From NCBI GenBank assembly GCA_963674965.2, contig CAXXFL010000006.1, positions 928,001 to 992,000 of the forward strand: DNA of 64,000 bases, written 5' to 3'. The notes beneath the pieces were generated by a model that saw only the letters and a list, made by a program, of their open reading frames with translations, was not told where the DNA came from and did no database searches. This DNA is from a bacterium (lineage in GTDB: Bacteria > RBG-13-61-14 > DATKZS01). The position numbers and the translations under genes are program-made. Shown here one piece after another: positions 45,400 through 55,426 of the stretch; within the stretch, counting starts at the first letter, position 1, and each line of letters starts with the position of its first letter.

Positions 45400-47610
45400 T
45401 TAAGGTCGAGCTTCATTGCTTTGCGGAACCGGCTCGGCCAAATAAATGGACAAGAAGGTCTTGCGTTCGTCCAGGTGTCGCTTCTTCACGCAGTTCTTGA
45501 TCCCCCAACGGTCGCCGATAATCACGGCGGTCTCCCTGGCCCGCGTGACGCCGGTGTAAAAAAGATTGCGATGGTGCATGAAGGCGTGGGACTTGTGGAC
45601 GATGACAATGGCGCAGGGGTATTCCGATCCCTGGGCTTTATGGATAGTGATCGCGTATGCCAGCTGCACGTCCTGCAGGTTGGGGGCCTCGACCGTAACC
45701 GGCATGCCGTCGAAGTCGATAGTGAGCGATCCCTTACGGTCCACGTCAACCACCATGCCGACCGCGCCGTTCATCACCCCAAGTTCATAGTTGTTGCGGG
45801 TCTGGATGACCTTGTCGAACGCGTGGAACTTGGGCCGCCTGCCCGGAGGCGTGTCCGGCACGTGGACTCCCCAAAGCTTGCGCTGCAGGAGCTTCTGGAG
45901 CTTTATGTTCAACTCGACCGTGCCGAGCGGCCCCTTGTGCGTGGGCGTCAAGACCTGCACGTCATTGATGAGATTGAAGCCCAGGCCCTCTTCGATCCTT
46001 TGCTTGAACATCTCCAGGAGGGCTTGTTGCGCCTCCTGATGATCGGTGAACTGGTCAAGGAGATACCATCCCTGTCGCTTGATCTTTTTCTCTTCGGCGG
46101 TCTTGCGGACCTCCCCATTCAGGACCGCGATGCAGTTCTCCTTCAGCACCCCCGCCTGGCGGACGACCTTGTCGAGGACCACGGTGGGCACGGCCTGGGT
46201 CTGGATCAGGTCGCGCAACATGTTGCCCGGGCCGACCGGCGGCAGCTGGTTGTGGTCTCCCACCAGCACCACGGCGGTCTGGCTCAAGTTGATCGTTCGG
46301 AACAAGCGCCAGGCCAGTGGCACGTCCACCATCGAGACCTCATCAATGATGATCACATCGGCGTCAAGGAGATCGTCCCGACCGCGAGCATAGGTCTTGC
46401 CGTTGAATCCGAGCAGGCGATGGATGGTGCTTGCCGAATGCCCAACCACCTGTTCGAGCCTCTTGGCGGCCTTGCCGGTGGGCGCGGCCAGGATGACGCT
46501 CAAGCCCTGCTCTTCATAGATGCTGGTGATCGCGGAGACCGTGTAGGTCTTGCCGCTGCCCGCGCCGCCGGAGATGAGAGTAATCGAGTGAGACAAGGCC
46601 AAGGTCACCGCTCGGCGCTGTCCATCATTGAGGCTGGGAGCCGCGCGGTCCACGAGTTCAGAGACATCGTTTCGGTCATCGAAAATCGGGTTGGCCTGGA
46701 CGCCCCAGCGAAGAGACCTTGATAGGTCATCTTCCATCGCCTGGATGTCCGGCTTGGCGATGATGAACCGACCTCCATGCGATGAGCATGAAAGTTGCCT
46801 TGAGTCGATCAGCGCGTCCAACTCCCTCTCGATCCGGTCGCGGCTGTCGAGCGTGTCCATCACCAGGAGCAAGTTGGCGCGGTCCAGAAGGTCTTCATAT
46901 TCAACCCAGCAGTCACCCCGGTCCAAGGCCTCGTCGAGGCAATGAACAATCCCGGCCCGGATGCGAGGGCCGTGGTCCTTGGGCGTGCCCATCTTGCGGG
47001 CGACCTTGTCCACCTTCTTGAAGCCGAAGCCGGAGACCTCCCGGATGATCAAGTAGGGGTCGGCCTGGAGCATGCCCAAGACGTTATTGCCGAACCTCTC
47101 TACCAGGCTCGTCACTTGGTGATGGGTGAGTTCGAAGCTCGCAAGCCAAGTGAGGGCCTTGTTGACCAGGCGAGTCCGGTCCCATTCGTCCCGCAATTGG
47201 ATGATCTTATCCACGGAGACTCTGGCGGTCTTGGCGATGGCCTCTGCATCCTCGGCGAGTGCGCGGTCGAAGTCATCTCCGAACCGCTCGACTATGAGCT
47301 TGGCCTTGACCGGACCGATGCCCTTGACGTGAGGGTTGTTGGCGAGGTAGTTGGCCAAGCCCGCGGAGCCGAGGTCCAGGTTGTACTCCATGTTCTCAAC
47401 CTCAAACTGCCTGCCATACTTGGGATGCATGATCCAGCGGCCATTAAGCACGACCGAGTCGTTCTCCTGCGCGAACAGGTTGCCTGCGAACTGGACGTCC
47501 TCGCCCGAGTCCGTTTGTAGCCTCCCCGCCGAAAACTTGCCCCCGGCGAAAAAGACCTTCTCAATCGTGCCCCGGATGGTTGCCGGGGTTGTTGGTTTTT
47601 TGTCTGTCAT
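45400..47610 (-). CDS. recD2: RecD2-like SF1 helicase
   Basis: HhH GIGPVKA, GGAGSGKT, APTGKAA, IDEVSM, GDHNQLPPVG, TIHKAQGSE and YTGVTRA. Confidence 0.92.
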   Translation of the reverse strand: MTDKKPTTPATIRGTIEKVFFAGGKFSAGRLQTDSGEDVQFAGNLFAQENDSVVLNGRWIMHPKYGRQFEVENMEYNLDLGSAGLANYLANNPHVKGIGPVKAKLIVERFGDDFDRALAEDAEAIAKTARVSVDKIIQLRDEWDRTRLVNKALTWLASFELTHHQVTSLVERFGNNVLGMLQADPYLIIREVSGFGFKKVDKVARKMGTPKDHGPRIRAGIVHCLDEALDRGDCWVEYEDLLDRANLLLVMDTLDSRDRIERELDALIDSRQLSCSSHGGRFIIAKPDIQAMEDDLSRSLRWGVQANPIFDDRNDVSELVDRAAPSLNDGQRRAVTLALSHSITLISGGAGSGKTYTVSAITSIYEEQGLSVILAAPTGKAAKRLEQVVGHSASTIHRLLGFNGKTYARGRDDLLDADVIIIDEVSMVDVPLAWRLFRTINLSQTAVVLVGDHNQLPPVGPGNMLRDLIQTQAVPTVVLDKVVRQAGVLKENCIAVLNGEVRKTAEEKKIKRQGWYLLDQFTDHQEAQQALLEMFKQRIEEGLGFNLINDVQVLTPTHKGPLGTVELNIKLQKLLQRKLWGVHVPDTPPGRRPKFHAFDKVIQTRNNYELGVMNGAVGMVVDVDRKGSLTIDFDGMPVTVEAPNLQDVQLAYAITIHKAQGSEYPCAIVIVHKSHAFMHHRNLFYTGVTRARETAVIIGDRWGIKNCVKKRHLDERKTFLSIYLAEPVPQSNEARP

Positions 47611-48043
47611 TCTTGGATACCTTTTGATAAACGCGCAGCAGGTAAGCCTCGACAAAAAGGCAACCGAGCTGGCGGCTCCCGCAAAAGAACACCGGCACGC
47701 CTAAATCCACGATGATGGAGATGGCCGCGCCCAGGACCGAGTTGGGATGAGCGCCGCTCACGTACTTGGCCTCGATGATGTTGTCCAGATCCGCCTCGAC
47801 CACGATGCAGGCATCCGGGTATTCCGCGAGGCGCTTCAACTCCTTGTGGAACCGCTCCCTGCCTCGGATGACGGTGGAGACGAAGTCCGCGAGCGACTTT
47901 CGCTCCACCGCCACCGAGCCTTCGTAACCCGCAAGCGAATAGTCCCCGGCCTGAAGCGTTCGGCGGATTGCGGTAATGCGCTGCGGATCAAAGCCGTAAG
48001 GCTCCTGTTCCCGCGTGTCGACAACGATGGTGATCTTGTCCAT
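47561..48043 (-). CDS. ERCC4-domain nuclease
   Basis: IVVDTREQ, LQAGDY and VERKS motifs. Confidence 0.9.
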   Translation of the reverse strand: MDKITIVVDTREQEPYGFDPQRITAIRRTLQAGDYSLAGYEGSVAVERKSLADFVSTVIRGRERFHKELKRLAEYPDACIVVEADLDNIIEAKYVSGAHPNSVLGAAISIIVDLGVPVFFCGSRQLGCLFVEAYLLRVYQKVSKNDRQKTNNPGNHPGHD

Positions 48044-48071
48044 GCCTGCCCATTCTTGCTGCGCAGGCCGC

Positions 48072-48560
48072 TTAGAACGGGATGTCCGAAGGCGTCGAAC
48101 TCGGCTTGTCCCCGCTGTCCTCCAGTACGATCCGCTTGTTGAGGTACACGTTCTCGTTCTCGCCCTTGGTGCGCTTGGTCACCTCGAGCTTGACATCGAG
48201 CAGCTTATTGAGGTTTTGGGATAGATCCGAGAGTTTCTCCAGAGTGAGACCGCAGGTGTGCAAGTCGTTCTTGAGCCACTTGATGTTCTCGCTGGTGACG
48301 ATGACGTTGTTGCGCCAGAGCAGCCGCCCGGCGAACTTGGGGGCCAGGATGCGCAGGGTCCACTTCAGCATCGGCGCGCCCGAGGTCTGGGCCCGGGTTA
48401 GTTCCACCTTCTCCACGTTGACTTGGTACTTGCCGTCCGGCACTGGATCGAATTCGCGCTCTTCGATCTCCGCCTGGACATACTCGTTGTTGAACTGCGA
48501 AAGGTCGATGTCGCCGGTCCAGCCGGAGGCGGGATTGGTCTCGAATTCATTGTTCGTCAT
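48072..48560 (-). CDS. DUF669 family ssDNA-binding protein
   Basis: VPDGKYQV, PMLKW and acidic DIPF C-terminus. Confidence 0.85.
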   Translation of the reverse strand: MTNNEFETNPASGWTGDIDLSQFNNEYVQAEIEEREFDPVPDGKYQVNVEKVELTRAQTSGAPMLKWTLRILAPKFAGRLLWRNNVIVTSENIKWLKNDLHTCGLTLEKLSDLSQNLNKLLDVKLEVTKRTKGENENVYLNKRIVLEDSGDKPSSTPSDIPF

Positions 48561-48577
48561 GGTTCGGTCCTCCTTGG

Positions 48578-49363
48578 TTAATTGGTTTGGTTAGCGGGCG
48601 TGGTCGGTTTGGCTTGAGGGGCGGCGGGCTTGGCCTCGGGACGCGATGTGCTCGGCTTGGGCGCGGATGTCGCGCCGTTGAACGCCTCCATGAACTTGCC
48701 GAAGTCGAGGTCAATCACCTCGGGCATCCGTCCGGTGCGGTCGCCAGCCTCGTAGTTCAAGCTGGGCTTGGTCCTCATGACCCTGCGATAGTTGGGCTTG
48801 CCGTCTTCGCCGGGGACCGCTTCGATGTCGCAGAAAAGGATCACGTCAACCATGCCCAGGACCATCTTCCGGGCCTTGTCCGGCAGGGTGGGCACGACCC
48901 TGGTGTGCTTGCCCGTGCGGGTCTCGATATCCTTTTCCTGGGAGTGGGAGATGAGGAACAGTCCGTAAGGCAGGAAGGCCAGCTTGGTCAGCACGCGATG
49001 GAACTCGTTGTTGATGAGCGCATAGCCCTTGCCGTAGCCCAGGTCCGACTCGTGCTCGATCTTGAACTTCTTGCAGATGTAGTCCGAACACATGCGATAG
49101 GCGTTGTCCAGGGTATCGATCACGATGGTCTTGAAGTCGTGCTTGCCCTCGGCGATCTCGGCGCAGGCGGCGAGCAGTTCCTCCCAGTTGTTGATGGGAG
49201 CCTGGAAGACCTCGAGGGAATTGAGCCCCGGCTCGGTCGCCAGGAAGAGGGCGTGGTCCGCCTTAGAACATACGGTCGATTTGCCTAACTTCGAAGGCCC
49301 GTACAATAGGATCGTCAAGTTGGAAATGTCTTCTTTGGTGGGAGTTTTTTCCTTGGGTAACAT
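48578..49363 (-). CDS. AAA_24 (Sak4-like) ATPase/annealase
   Basis: LYGPSKLGKST, IVIDTLD and GYGKGY motifs. Confidence 0.85.
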   Translation of the reverse strand: MLPKEKTPTKEDISNLTILLYGPSKLGKSTVCSKADHALFLATEPGLNSLEVFQAPINNWEELLAACAEIAEGKHDFKTIVIDTLDNAYRMCSDYICKKFKIEHESDLGYGKGYALINNEFHRVLTKLAFLPYGLFLISHSQEKDIETRTGKHTRVVPTLPDKARKMVLGMVDVILFCDIEAVPGEDGKPNYRRVMRTKPSLNYEAGDRTGRMPEVIDLDFGKFMEAFNGATSAPKPSTSRPEAKPAAPQAKPTTPANQTN

Positions 49364-49380
49364 TGTCAATTCTCCTTTCA

Positions 49381-50421
49381 TCAAAATGCCGGGGCGCAAT
49401 CGCTGGCCGCCTGGTCCCGGTCAATGGATTGGTTGGCCTCGACCAGTTCCTCGTGAGGAATGACCTTCTGGTAGAGGTTGTCGATTACGTTGGGATTACC
49501 GTTCGAACTGCAAAGGGGGAAGTAGGCGCACGGTCTCCGGTAATGAAAACAGAACGCGGTGTTCTGATAGAAGACCTCGCGGCGGCGCGCGTCGAGCAGC
49601 GCCTGGGAGAGTTCCCACAACTCGGAGCGTAAGGTTTCGAACTGGTCGCGGGAAAGATAGAGCATCTCGCGATGGAACATTCCCGGCTCGGTGTACTTGG
49701 CGGCCAGCCGTTCCTGGAAGTCATCGTCGCTCTCCGGCATCTTGCGCTTGGCGCTGCTCTTGCCGGTCTTGGACTTGGCGATCAACTCCGCCCGCCGCGC
49801 TTCGAACTCGGTTTCCGTCTCGCCCTTGCCCTGCTGGAGCCTGGCCTTGACCAGGATGTTGTAGATGACTCCGGAGATCTTGACCCCGAGCGCCTGCTCC
49901 ACGTACCAGGTGTAGAGGATGATCTGGAAGTCGGTCCACAACCTCTCAAGGTAATCGGCGTCCAGTTGCGAGGCGGTCTTGTGCTCGAGCAGGAAGTTTT
50001 CATCGCCGATTCGGACAATGCCGTCCACCTTGCCCGCCAGGGTGAAGCTTCTCGATGAGGCCCCCGTGGCGGGGTTTATGATCTTCCCTTCGAAAGGCTG
50101 TTCGAGGGCGACCACTTCGAATTCCTCATCCGGGTACCGGGCCGCGTAAGCCTTCATCATCGCGGCCGCCAGGTGCCATTCCCGAAGCTCATTGTCATCC
50201 TGGGTCCGGTTAGGGTAGGAGCGGTCGATGTATTCGAGCACCGCGGCGAGGTCCCGTCCCCGATGCCAGAGCTCGAGGCACTCATGAATGATCGATCCGA
50301 AGCTGAGGTTCCTGTCCTTCTCCAGCGGCACGAGTTCCTTGATGTAACGCCACTCGAAGGCTTTGCGGCAGTTGCGGAACATGGACCACATCGAATAGGT
50401 GGTGATCATCTGGCCGCTCAT
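49381..50421 (-). CDS. PD-(D/E)XK (RecB/Cas4-like) exonuclease
   Basis: FGSIIHECLE, GKVDG, LEHKT and QIILY motifs plus four Cys for an Fe-S staple. Confidence 0.87.
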   Translation of the reverse strand: MSGQMITTYSMWSMFRNCRKAFEWRYIKELVPLEKDRNLSFGSIIHECLELWHRGRDLAAVLEYIDRSYPNRTQDDNELREWHLAAAMMKAYAARYPDEEFEVVALEQPFEGKIINPATGASSRSFTLAGKVDGIVRIGDENFLLEHKTASQLDADYLERLWTDFQIILYTWYVEQALGVKISGVIYNILVKARLQQGKGETETEFEARRAELIAKSKTGKSSAKRKMPESDDDFQERLAAKYTEPGMFHREMLYLSRDQFETLRSELWELSQALLDARRREVFYQNTAFCFHYRRPCAYFPLCSSNGNPNVIDNLYQKVIPHEELVEANQSIDRDQAASDCAPAF

Positions 50422-50735
50422 ACCGCCGCCTCCATGGGCTGGCGGGGTTCCTCCCGTGGCTCTCGGGCAAGCGTACGCTCGACCTTGAACGCCTCTTCCC
50501 CGAATTGCCGGGTGATAAAACCGGTGAAAATTTTGGCGATGTTCCTGCCGACCTCGGTGCCCGCGTCGATTACGCATGAGCGCTTTTTCAGGTCCAATCT
50601 GAATTTCGCGTCCAGCCTGATCAGGGACCGACCATGCATGCACTCGGCGGCGAGAGCCGACAACATCAGAGAGTCCTCCACGTCCTCGAGCGCCACCTCG
50701 GGATAAAACTTGTAATGGTAAACTTGCGAATTCAT
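50418..50735 (-). CDS. Hypothetical protein
   Basis: AGGAGG RBS before ATG 50735; ATGA overlap with the nuclease gene. Confidence 0.65.
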   Translation of the reverse strand: MNSQVYHYKFYPEVALEDVEDSLMLSALAAECMHGRSLIRLDAKFRLDLKKRSCVIDAGTEVGRNIAKIFTGFITRQFGEEAFKVERTLAREPREEPRQPMEAAV

Positions 50736-50819
50736 TTTTTGCCTCCTTTCATGGCCGTGGGCCATGGTCCTTTTCGCTCCGGCTTTTATTCCGAGAGCGT
50801 TTTGCGAGGCGCCTCTGCG

Positions 50820-50851
50820 GGATATATACCGGCGCAAAAAGAAAAGTGTCG
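50820..50851 (-). promoter_or_regulatory. Phage bipartite motif copy 6
   Basis: CGACACTTT-N13-GTATATA directly after the sigma gene and upstream of the replication operon. Confidence 0.75.
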
Positions 50852-50866
50852 AAAAAATGTCTCCTT

Positions 50867-51451
50867 TCAGAGATAATTTTTCAGGCCGGCCTCGTCGAAG
50901 ATTTCCCTAACCTTCCGGATAGCCTCGTAAATCGTGCTTCGGGGCATGCCCAACTCGGAAGAGATATCGGATACCGTCTGAGTCTTAAGCCGCTCGCACA
51001 GGTCACGAAAATTCTCCGGCAGTCGTTCCAGCGTTCTCTCGACGTCCATGACCATCTCGCGATGGTCCTCGGGAGATCGGTCCGCCAGGCCAACGCTCAG
51101 TAGGTACTCTTCCTCGCTGACGCGCTCTCGCCATTGGGTCGGCCTTTCGCAATCTGGATCATTCGAGTCCAATGAAAAGGCGCGCATTCGCCAATCTCGT
51201 TTCCCGGCCTTACTCGCCGCGATGATAGAGGCGACCCGGCGGTTTACGATTCGACTGATAAAGGTGTTTCGCTTAGCGACGGCGGCGTCGTATTTGGGCA
51301 GGCGCATGAGCAGGCAGAGAGCCAGGTCCTGCTCGACGTCTTCCCGGTCCGCCCTTCGGAACCCTGGCTGATTTATCAGTTGCCAGGACTTGACCTGAAT
51401 TAAATTCACCGCGTACTCCTCGATTCCGGGGTATTTATTCCTTGTTCCCAT
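50867..51451 (-). CDS. Phage-encoded sigma-70 family (ECF-like) factor
   Basis: Region 2: DREDVEQDL...KYD...TFISRIVNR. Region 4 HTH: LERLPE...VSDISSELGMPRSTIYEAI. Confidence 0.82.
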   Translation of the reverse strand: MGTRNKYPGIEEYAVNLIQVKSWQLINQPGFRRADREDVEQDLALCLLMRLPKYDAAVAKRNTFISRIVNRRVASIIAASKAGKRDWRMRAFSLDSNDPDCERPTQWRERVSEEEYLLSVGLADRSPEDHREMVMDVERTLERLPENFRDLCERLKTQTVSDISSELGMPRSTIYEAIRKVREIFDEAGLKNYL

Positions 51452-51615
51452 CTGGTCCTCCTCGCGGCCGAGGAGGAAGCCATGTGGGTGTCATCCATTG
51501 CCGGGCCGCCGTCTTAGAACGGATCGTCGCGAGTTCGCCGGTTTGGCGACACCCACAACGACCTCCGCTCAACGGCCAGTCGGTTGTCTGGTGGTTAATG
51601 TTCAGGGCTACTGAT

Positions 51616-51948
51616 TCAGCGCCCGACCGAATCCTCTATTTCCATGGAGAAGGGAAGGCCCGCCTGAACCTCCAGTAGGATGATGGTCCCGTCGTGCAGA
51701 TCGAATATGTGGTCTAACAAACGGCTGACCTTTTCCTTGAGCGGGAAGTCTTTTGCACTGTCCTGGCGGCGCGGGCCATTGTCGGCCCCGAGCTTGATCT
51801 TGCGGACCACCCTGGGCGGCGGATCGAAAACCGGCTCCCCCTCCGCGATCACGAGTCCCTCGATGCGCCCGTAATTGATCTCCGACATGAGATCGACCAG
51901 CTTCCGGCTGGAAGCGCCCAGTGAAAATTTCGTTGCCTGGTTTTTCAT
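51616..51948 (-). CDS. Hypothetical protein
   Basis: GGAGG/AAGGA RBS; upstream of the sigma gene. Confidence 0.65.
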   Translation of the reverse strand: MKNQATKFSLGASSRKLVDLMSEINYGRIEGLVIAEGEPVFDPPPRVVRKIKLGADNGPRRQDSAKDFPLKEKVSRLLDHIFDLHDGTIILLEVQAGLPFSMEIEDSVGR

Positions 51949-52145
51949 TCCTTCAACCCTCCATTTACTTTGTGAAATCTCCGGGGCGAATCCCGGCGCT
52001 CGGATTTTTCCGAGCCTTTGCCCCTTATTGGGGAAATTTCACCGGGAGGGTTGAAAAAGTGACGCCGGGACGGGCTAAAACGACGCAACCCCCTGGATTA
52101 CAGGGGGTTTACGTGAAGGAAAAAATTTTAAATTTTCATTAAGGC

Positions 52146-52165
52146 CCCGGTGAAATTTCACCGGG
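52146..52165. promoter_or_regulatory. Perfect 20-bp palindrome, candidate operator
   Basis: CCCGGTGAAATTTCACCGGG, with degenerate copies at about 52030-52046 and 51972-51986. Confidence 0.6.
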
Positions 52166-52182
52166 AATGGCGGGTATTACTT

Positions 52183-53238
52183 TTATTCCGGTTCGATGGT
52201 AAAGCGAGCGCGCCATCCCTTGGCATTCTCGTCATAAATGAAGGGATCGCCCTTGATCCGGAAAAAATCGTATAAGTTAGAGGCCAGGCTGCTCTTGCGT
52301 CTTTTTAAATTCGGGTCGGCCTTGGGACTTCGCCAGGTAATCACGCCTCGCTCCTCGGCGAAGTCCTGAAGTAGCTTCCACTGCACGGTGGGTTCGCCGT
52401 TCTTGGCGCTGGCCATGCCCATCTGGGTATAGTTGAATATTCCTCTTTCCGACTTGACCCTGACCGCGACCTTGTGCCCGTCAACGAACCTGACGCTCAC
52501 GTTCTCCCAGCTCGAGCCGGGCGGGGTCGAGAAAAACGTCATGGAGGATTGGTCGTCGAAAGCCGGAACGTGGAGGTCTTTGAATTTTGATAAAAGGGTC
52601 TCCAGCGGAGGATGGGCGATGAGCATGCCGCCTTCAATATTAATGAAGTTCTCAAGCGCGAGCAGGCAACAACCTCGTCGATTCACCATGTCCATTACCG
52701 TGGGATTGACTAAATCTCGCGTGGGGACCAAAACGATTATGGGAGAATCGAGCGTCGCGATCAGGGTCGCCATGGCCATCTGAAGCTCGTACGGATCGAA
52801 CTGTATGCAAAGAAACACGGGAAACTCGTACCCCGCCAAGGGGGAATAAGTCCCCAGTCGGAAGGTCATGTACGAATCCCTCAGCTTCTCGAACTCCGGC
52901 TCAATGCCCAGCGCCGAGGCCAGGGCCGTTCCCAAAAGTGACTGGTTGACCTCGAATATCACCCTGTCCGATTTTGCGACCGGAAAGGTATCGCAGCGCT
53001 GAGGCTCGCATTGGCAAACGGCCACCGCGTGATCCGGCGAATGCTCGACCACGTAATGCGCGCATCCGCAATCATGCTCGGCGGGGCAGGGAACCGATTG
53101 GGCCAGGGCCCCGCTGGGCCGGAGGAACCCGGCCATGGGTTCGTATTCCGGCCCAAGGAGCTTCTCCCAGGCGCGGGTTACCTCCGCGAGACCGATGACG
53201 GACTCAAGAGACCGCCACCAGCGCTTTAGCGTCGTCAT
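52183..53238 (-). CDS. Hypothetical protein with Cys/His cluster and possible C-terminal DNA-binding domain
   Basis: CPAEHDCGCAH...CQCEPQRC; overlaps the upstream gene. Confidence 0.65.
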   Translation of the reverse strand: MTTLKRWWRSLESVIGLAEVTRAWEKLLGPEYEPMAGFLRPSGALAQSVPCPAEHDCGCAHYVVEHSPDHAVAVCQCEPQRCDTFPVAKSDRVIFEVNQSLLGTALASALGIEPEFEKLRDSYMTFRLGTYSPLAGYEFPVFLCIQFDPYELQMAMATLIATLDSPIIVLVPTRDLVNPTVMDMVNRRGCCLLALENFINIEGGMLIAHPPLETLLSKFKDLHVPAFDDQSSMTFFSTPPGSSWENVSVRFVDGHKVAVRVKSERGIFNYTQMGMASAKNGEPTVQWKLLQDFAEERGVITWRSPKADPNLKRRKSSLASNLYDFFRIKGDPFIYDENAKGWRARFTIEPE

Positions 53239-54397
53239 GCGCGCCCTCCGCGACGATGAATCCTCTTTTCTTGAGCCAATCCTCGACGATCGCGCCGTCG
53301 TCGTCCCTGGTGTATTGAGCCACGTTGGAGGGACGGATGGTTACTATGCGGGGAGGGCCGCCGTCGGTGAATTTAACCTGGAAGGTGGCGCGAGCCACGC
53401 GGGCCCGGGGAGGGATGACCCGGCGGCTCATGGCCAGGGCCGCGAAAAGGTCGTCGGCCTTCCTGATCTCGACCTCGCGCATCGGGCCGCCCCAGTAATA
53501 ATGGATTTCCCTGAGCTTCACCCACTCCATGCCGGCGACGTCCGTGCAAGCCGTCGAGGCCTCGCCGTCCACGAGGAGAGGAAGCAGCGAGTATTTGGCC
53601 TCCCCCGGGAAAAACGACTCGTCCCCAAAAAGGTGAAGACCGAACTTGACGCGATACATGCGCCTCTCGGCCTTGGTCCCCGCGTTGATCCTGACCTCCC
53701 CCAGGGCCGGATTGTAAATCAACAGGTCGTGCTTCTCCGGCCGAAAAAAAACCGACGACGACGAGCCATCCTCAACGCAGCCCTCGCGCCGGAAAGGATC
53801 GCCGTGACGAACGAAGAACCAGACCTCATCGGCGTGACAATGAACGATCACCTTGCAGCACCGGCCCCTGCCGCTCTGCTCGAACCAGTTGTCCAGGTCG
53901 CGCTCCAGATTGTCAAGGACCTCCCTGGAAGGCTCCTCGAACTCCGGGACCGGCGTCCGGTCGGTCTGATAGTATTCAAAGGAGCGCCGGCGAAGGCCGA
54001 GCCTCTCAGCGTGCCTGGTCTCGAGCGCCTCCGGGCATTTGAGCCACGCCTGGACCGCGACGTCGGCGGGCGTCGCGCCATGGCCGTCAATGGCTATGCC
54101 CCGGCTCTCCATCTCCGCCAGCAGATCGTTCATGATCTCGGGAGTCGAAGTCTCGTGCACCATGTAAAGAGCGTTGGCCAGGTCCCTTGGCGTGTCCGGA
54201 CCCGGACTCATGAACACGCCGGCCAGTCCCTCGTAATCGATCCCGCCGTCCGAGCAAGCGGGCGGCAGCGCGACTCCCCGCATGGCCAGGTAATCCTCGT
54301 GTGGACCGAGCAGGGCCAGAAGGCGCTCGCCGCTAATCGTCTTTAAAGCGTCCGGATTCGAAAACCTCCGAAGATTGAATATCGCCATTTCCCACAC
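53204..54397 (-). CDS. Hypothetical protein
   Basis: 397-aa ORF co-oriented between lexA and the sigma operon. Confidence 0.7.
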   Translation of the reverse strand: MWEMAIFNLRRFSNPDALKTISGERLLALLGPHEDYLAMRGVALPPACSDGGIDYEGLAGVFMSPGPDTPRDLANALYMVHETSTPEIMNDLLAEMESRGIAIDGHGATPADVAVQAWLKCPEALETRHAERLGLRRRSFEYYQTDRTPVPEFEEPSREVLDNLERDLDNWFEQSGRGRCCKVIVHCHADEVWFFVRHGDPFRREGCVEDGSSSSVFFRPEKHDLLIYNPALGEVRINAGTKAERRMYRVKFGLHLFGDESFFPGEAKYSLLPLLVDGEASTACTDVAGMEWVKLREIHYYWGGPMREVEIRKADDLFAALAMSRRVIPPRARVARATFQVKFTDGGPPRIVTIRPSNVAQYTRDDDGAIVEDWLKKRGFIVAEGAHDDAKALVAVS

Positions 54398-54517
54398 CCC
54401 CTTCTGAAATTGGAAAAAGTCCTCCCTTATGGGCGCGACCGACGACCCATGGGAGATTCTCGATCAGGAGTGGATTAAACTCGTCGGCGCCCCCTGGCGG
54501 AGGGGAATTGACGACTG

Positions 54518-55168
54518 TCAATCCTTGGCTTGCCTGATCGCCACTACTTTGCCGAGAATGCGCAGATCGTCATCTGGGCCGATGGGAATCGGTTGGTACT
54601 TGGGATTCTCCGGACGGAGTTCAATGCGAGCGTCACGAACGTAGAGCCTTTTCACGGTCGCTTCATCATCAAGAAGAGCCACGACTATATCCCCGCTCTC
54701 AGCCACCGGCTGTTGGCGGACGATGACGAGATCGCCTTCATTGATACCGGCGTCGGTCATGCTGTCCCCGGAAACGGAAAGCGCGAAACAGCGGCCCGAC
54801 CGCGCGGCCTTGTCGTCAATTAAAATTTCACCCGTGACGTTTTCCACGGCCAGGATCGGTACTCCCGCCGCGACCTTGCCCACTATGGGAACCGAGACAA
54901 GCTCGGTAAGCCGGCTGTCGGGCTCGCGCAAAACGGTCAAACCGCGCGCCTTGCCCGGCTCGCGCTTTAAATAGCCCTTCCTGATCAGTTGGTTGATCTG
55001 GGCGTGCGCGCTCATCTGAGAGATGCCGAGAATCTCCGAGAGTTCCTTGATCGAGGGAGGAAAGCCCTTGCGAACGATGAAATCGCCTATCTCCGAAAGC
55101 GTGTTCCGCTGCGGCTCCGTGATTTCATCCGTCGGGCGTCTGCCCCGGGGTTTTGGCTTTTTTTTCAT
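54518..55168 (-). CDS. lexA: LexA-like repressor (wHTH + S24 peptidase)
   Basis: GFPPSIKEL, VGKVAAGVP (Ala-Gly cleavage site), GDSM (catalytic Ser) and ATVKR (catalytic Lys). Confidence 0.9.
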   Translation of the reverse strand: MKKKPKPRGRRPTDEITEPQRNTLSEIGDFIVRKGFPPSIKELSEILGISQMSAHAQINQLIRKGYLKREPGKARGLTVLREPDSRLTELVSVPIVGKVAAGVPILAVENVTGEILIDDKAARSGRCFALSVSGDSMTDAGINEGDLVIVRQQPVAESGDIVVALLDDEATVKRLYVRDARIELRPENPKYQPIPIGPDDDLRILGKVVAIRQAKD

Positions 55169-55238
55169 CAGAATCGTTCTTCGCGATTTAATTAGGAGGC
55201 GGTTGTTCCTCCAACCGTCTCCAGCCAAGAGTGGCCAT

Positions 55239-55266
55239 ATAATAGCACTTATGTACATAAGGTCAA
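55239..55266 (-). promoter_or_regulatory. lexA promoter with palindromic operator in the spacer
   Basis: TTGACC-N16-TATTAT overlapping the 14-bp palindrome CTTATGTACATAAG (55248-55261). Confidence 0.6.
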
Positions 55267-55426
55267 TAGTAAAATTTGATCAATTTTAAAAGTCATTTAA
55301 TATCAACGCGATAGAATGATCGTTTTGCATCATTCTCTATTCGAGTGAAAGATTTTGGCGATAAGTTCGACCTTTCATCCGTATGAATATGGTCAAGTTA
55401 GGTTCATACCGGAAAACGCATCCGTG

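Noticed and set aside
49381-50421. Cas4 / CRISPR-Cas system
   Set aside because: No CRISPR array or other cas genes; its context is the phage exonuclease-Sak4-SSB recombination module.
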